Shown: positions 34,688 to 36,803 of the stretch, in pieces | How the letters are laid out: every line of letters begins with the position of its first letter | Numbering within the stretch: the stretch's first letter is position 1 | Virus record (IMG/VR): IMGVR_UViG_3300044676_000300 | Location: 1-36,803 of that record | Origin: a virus | Taxonomy: Duplodnaviria; Caudoviricetes | DNA: 36,803 nt | Reading direction: 5' to 3' (one strand) | The notes under the pieces: generated by a model | What the model was told of the DNA's origin: nothing | Databases searched by the model: none | The model's input: only the letters and a program-made list of their open reading frames with translations | Translations under genes and position numbers: made by a program

Positions 34688-36788
34688 CTTGCATTCCCAT
34701 CATCTGCGCGTTGTGTTCACGTACCGCTGCCTGTTCTTCTTTGACCTGCTGTACGTCTACCGCTGTGCCGTATTTACCCAGTATCTCAGCTACCTTGACC
34801 GCTAGGTCTTGCACCATTTCGTCACGCTGTAGATCGTCTTCCATGCCCAACTTGTGCATTTTGTACTGTTGATCCATCTGTGCTTTCGCCATGTCTACTT
34901 GCGCACGGGTCTGGGCTTTCATTTGTTCAGCTTGCATAAATGCCGCATTCGGGTCTGGTTGTTGCGCTTGCTGTTGTGCCATCATCTGTTGTTGCTGCTG
35001 TTGCTGCATCAACATCTGCTGTTCCATTTCTGGTGTCATTGGCATGAAGTGACGATCCACGTTGCGCACACCGCCCAGCGCCATGATATCTGCCATTGTG
35101 TTGCGTATCTGTGTAAGCGTCACAAGGCCGTTCTGAGGCCCGTATTGCTGATAAAGCTGCTGCTGTATGCCAAACGCCATTTGCAGCACTGCTAAGCGCT
35201 CCTGTTCGCGCCCTGTGCCGATCCCCACATTGACCATCAAGTCCATCTCTGTAGACCATGCCCGTGGGTCTACTGGGACAAACTGACCGTTCATGCGCAT
35301 CACTTCGTCTTTGTCAGTGTTCTTGACGTAAAGTTCTAACATAAGTTTGAACAGTCGGCGCATACCGCCCTCCGCCAAGTTACGTGCAATGACCTCTGCC
35401 TGACCCGCCTGACCTTCCATAGAAGCCGCCACGGATGTAGCTGTCGCGCTTTTCAGCACCTCTGGGTCTAGCCCCTGCGCCATCTTCGATACGCCAGTTT
35501 TGTTATCTACTAGCTGGTCAAAGTATTGTAGCGCGGGCAGCGTTTGTGCCGCAGTGAACGGGATAGCCATTTCACCGATTGCGCCCATGTTCTTAACTCT
35601 GATAACCCGCCCGATCTCATTTGATAGCAAGTCATCTACCGCAACCTGACCTTCCACAATCTGCATCGCTGGGTTATTCACAAGTGCCGCGTTATCTAGG
35701 ATGCCCCGTAGCATCGATGTAGCCGCGTCCTGATCGTTGATAACTAGATCGACAAGTGATGTGCCAAAGAATGCGTGTGGCTCACTGTCCACCTCAAAGA
35801 TCGCGTATGGCGCTGTATCTGCTTCATAGAAGTTTAACAGGGTGTAGTTAGCACCTGCGCAGATGAACTGATACAGGCGCGGGATGCCAGTACCCTCAAT
35901 GTCCAACTCCATGTAGGCTTCAGTCACTGTGATTTTCTTAGAGGCGTATGACGCGTTTTCGTCTTCACCTTCGTCAACAGTATACCCACGGCGCTCAAAC
36001 TCTGCTTCGTCATCCATGACAGAGTATTCTGTGCTGTCTAAACCGTCTAAGTCTTCAGGCTTAAATCCCATTGCTAGTAGGTCAGCTACGCGCATTTCTG
36101 TGCTATGACCGCACACATAGAACTGATCGATGCTGCGGGCGTTACGATCCACGAAAAAGTCTTCTGGCGGAATGCTCTCAATGCACAAATCACCGTCTGG
36201 GATTTCCCGCGAAATCTTTACGTCATGTACAGGCAACTCAACTTCTGTACCCATTTCATCTACGGAAATAGAAACCTTTACCTCATGCTCTAAAACATTT
36301 ACATCGTCTTCGTTTACCAGAAATGTAAACTCATCGTCATCTAAACCTGTGAAAGTATGGATTTCAGAACGCATACTTTCGTCATAGTAAACGTGCGCAA
36401 TCCCGACTTTTTTGACCAGTGCATCTTGGAATACATCATTAATTAGCTTGTATCCGTCATGCTGCTGGAACTTGTAGCTGATGAACTGTGTCGCCTGTTC
36501 TGCCGCCATGACATCTTCTGGCCCACGGGGTACAAATTCTACTGGCTTATCGTTAGCTAGGAATACACGTTGCAGCGATGGCTTTATGCCACGAACAACC
36601 TCACGGCACTTTGTTGCCACAACCGATGACCGACCTTCTTCATGGTCTAGATCAGTTTCCATATCAAAATAGCGCTGGGCTTTGATCCGCTGCGGAGCAA
36701 TTTCTGCTTCGATAAAGTCCACCGCATCTTGGATTGCTTTGGAGACAATACCTTCGATCTGTGTTTCATCTAATGGTTCTGGACGCAT
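34677..36788 (-). CDS. Portal protein (P22-like, 703 aa)
   Basis: EEGRSSVV, VEFVPRGPEDV..AEQAT, IPPEDF, TAT motif, Gln-rich C-terminal helix; RBS AGGAG. Confidence 0.92.
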   Translation of the reverse strand: MRPEPLDETQIEGIVSKAIQDAVDFIEAEIAPQRIKAQRYFDMETDLDHEEGRSSVVATKCREVVRGIKPSLQRVFLANDKPVEFVPRGPEDVMAAEQATQFISYKFQQHDGYKLINDVFQDALVKKVGIAHVYYDESMRSEIHTFTGLDDDEFTFLVNEDDVNVLEHEVKVSISVDEMGTEVELPVHDVKISREIPDGDLCIESIPPEDFFVDRNARSIDQFYVCGHSTEMRVADLLAMGFKPEDLDGLDSTEYSVMDDEAEFERRGYTVDEGEDENASYASKKITVTEAYMELDIEGTGIPRLYQFICAGANYTLLNFYEADTAPYAIFEVDSEPHAFFGTSLVDLVINDQDAATSMLRGILDNAALVNNPAMQIVEGQVAVDDLLSNEIGRVIRVKNMGAIGEMAIPFTAAQTLPALQYFDQLVDNKTGVSKMAQGLDPEVLKSATATSVAASMEGQAGQAEVIARNLAEGGMRRLFKLMLELYVKNTDKDEVMRMNGQFVPVDPRAWSTEMDLMVNVGIGTGREQERLAVLQMAFGIQQQLYQQYGPQNGLVTLTQIRNTMADIMALGGVRNVDRHFMPMTPEMEQQMLMQQQQQQQMMAQQQAQQPDPNAAFMQAEQMKAQTRAQVDMAKAQMDQQYKMHKLGMEDDLQRDEMVQDLAVKVAEILGKYGTAVDVQQVKEEQAAVREHNAQMMGMQGGY

Positions 36789-36803
36789 TTAATTCTCCTA
36801 GCG
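36677..36803 (+). repeat. Terminal direct repeat, copy 2
   Basis: Identical to 1-127. Confidence 0.95.

Larger units (their letters stand above)
1..36803. mobile_element. Complete circular podovirus-like bacteriophage genome (unit length 36,676 bp)
   Basis: Terminase, portal, scaffold, capsid, tail, lysis and replication genes all present; exact 127-bp terminal redundancy; the portal gene is continuous with the ejection gene across the junction. Confidence 0.96.

Noticed and set aside
34960-35030. CAG/CAA poly-Gln tract as a contingency repeat
   Set aside because: Mixed codons; Gln-rich C-termini are normal for P22-like portals
1-36676. Stop-codon reassignment or tRNA genes
   Set aside because: Genes are full-length and densely packed in the standard code, using all three stops; no cloverleaf seen in the few gaps
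36677-36803. 127-bp terminal repeat as a biological direct terminal repeat
   Set aside because: It cuts through the portal gene and its length equals a standard assembler k-mer; best read as a circularisation overlap

Overview
The window is an apparently complete, circularly assembled ~36.7 kb tailed dsDNA phage genome. Bases 1-127 are repeated exactly at 36677-36803, so the unit length is 36,676 bp. It is podovirus-like: P22-type portal, SU10/DUF5309-type capsid, gp10-like nozzle and ejection proteins, and no tape measure. The host is probably a marine alphaproteobacterium (inference from gene content and GANTC avoidance). One long minus-strand late region runs terS-terL, a cluster of small basic and toxin-like genes, adaptor, two tail-fibre/adhesin modules, nozzle and ejection proteins, then across the circular junction portal, scaffold, capsid and lysis genes. 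The rest is a lambdoid replication/recombination module (O-like initiator with internal iterons, Cro-like HTH, SSAP, SSB, DUF1367, Ref-like nuclease, RusA) and a plus-strand early region. I found no integrase, DNA polymerase, methyltransferase, tRNA or CRISPR. Most notable: (1) an unannotated ~95-nt two-hairpin RNA upstream of terS whose loop is complementary to the ribosome-binding sites of the two early transcripts, which also share a promoter/operator, suggesting an sRNA-based early-to-late switch; (2) a circularly permuted tail-lysozyme domain; (3) a pre-toxin-motif protein with an unrecognised C-terminal domain; (4) an early cysteine-protease-like gene coupled to a 31-aa SSB-tail mimic; (5) apparent absence of GANTC and CCGG sites. 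All family assignments come from motif recognition by eye, not database searches.
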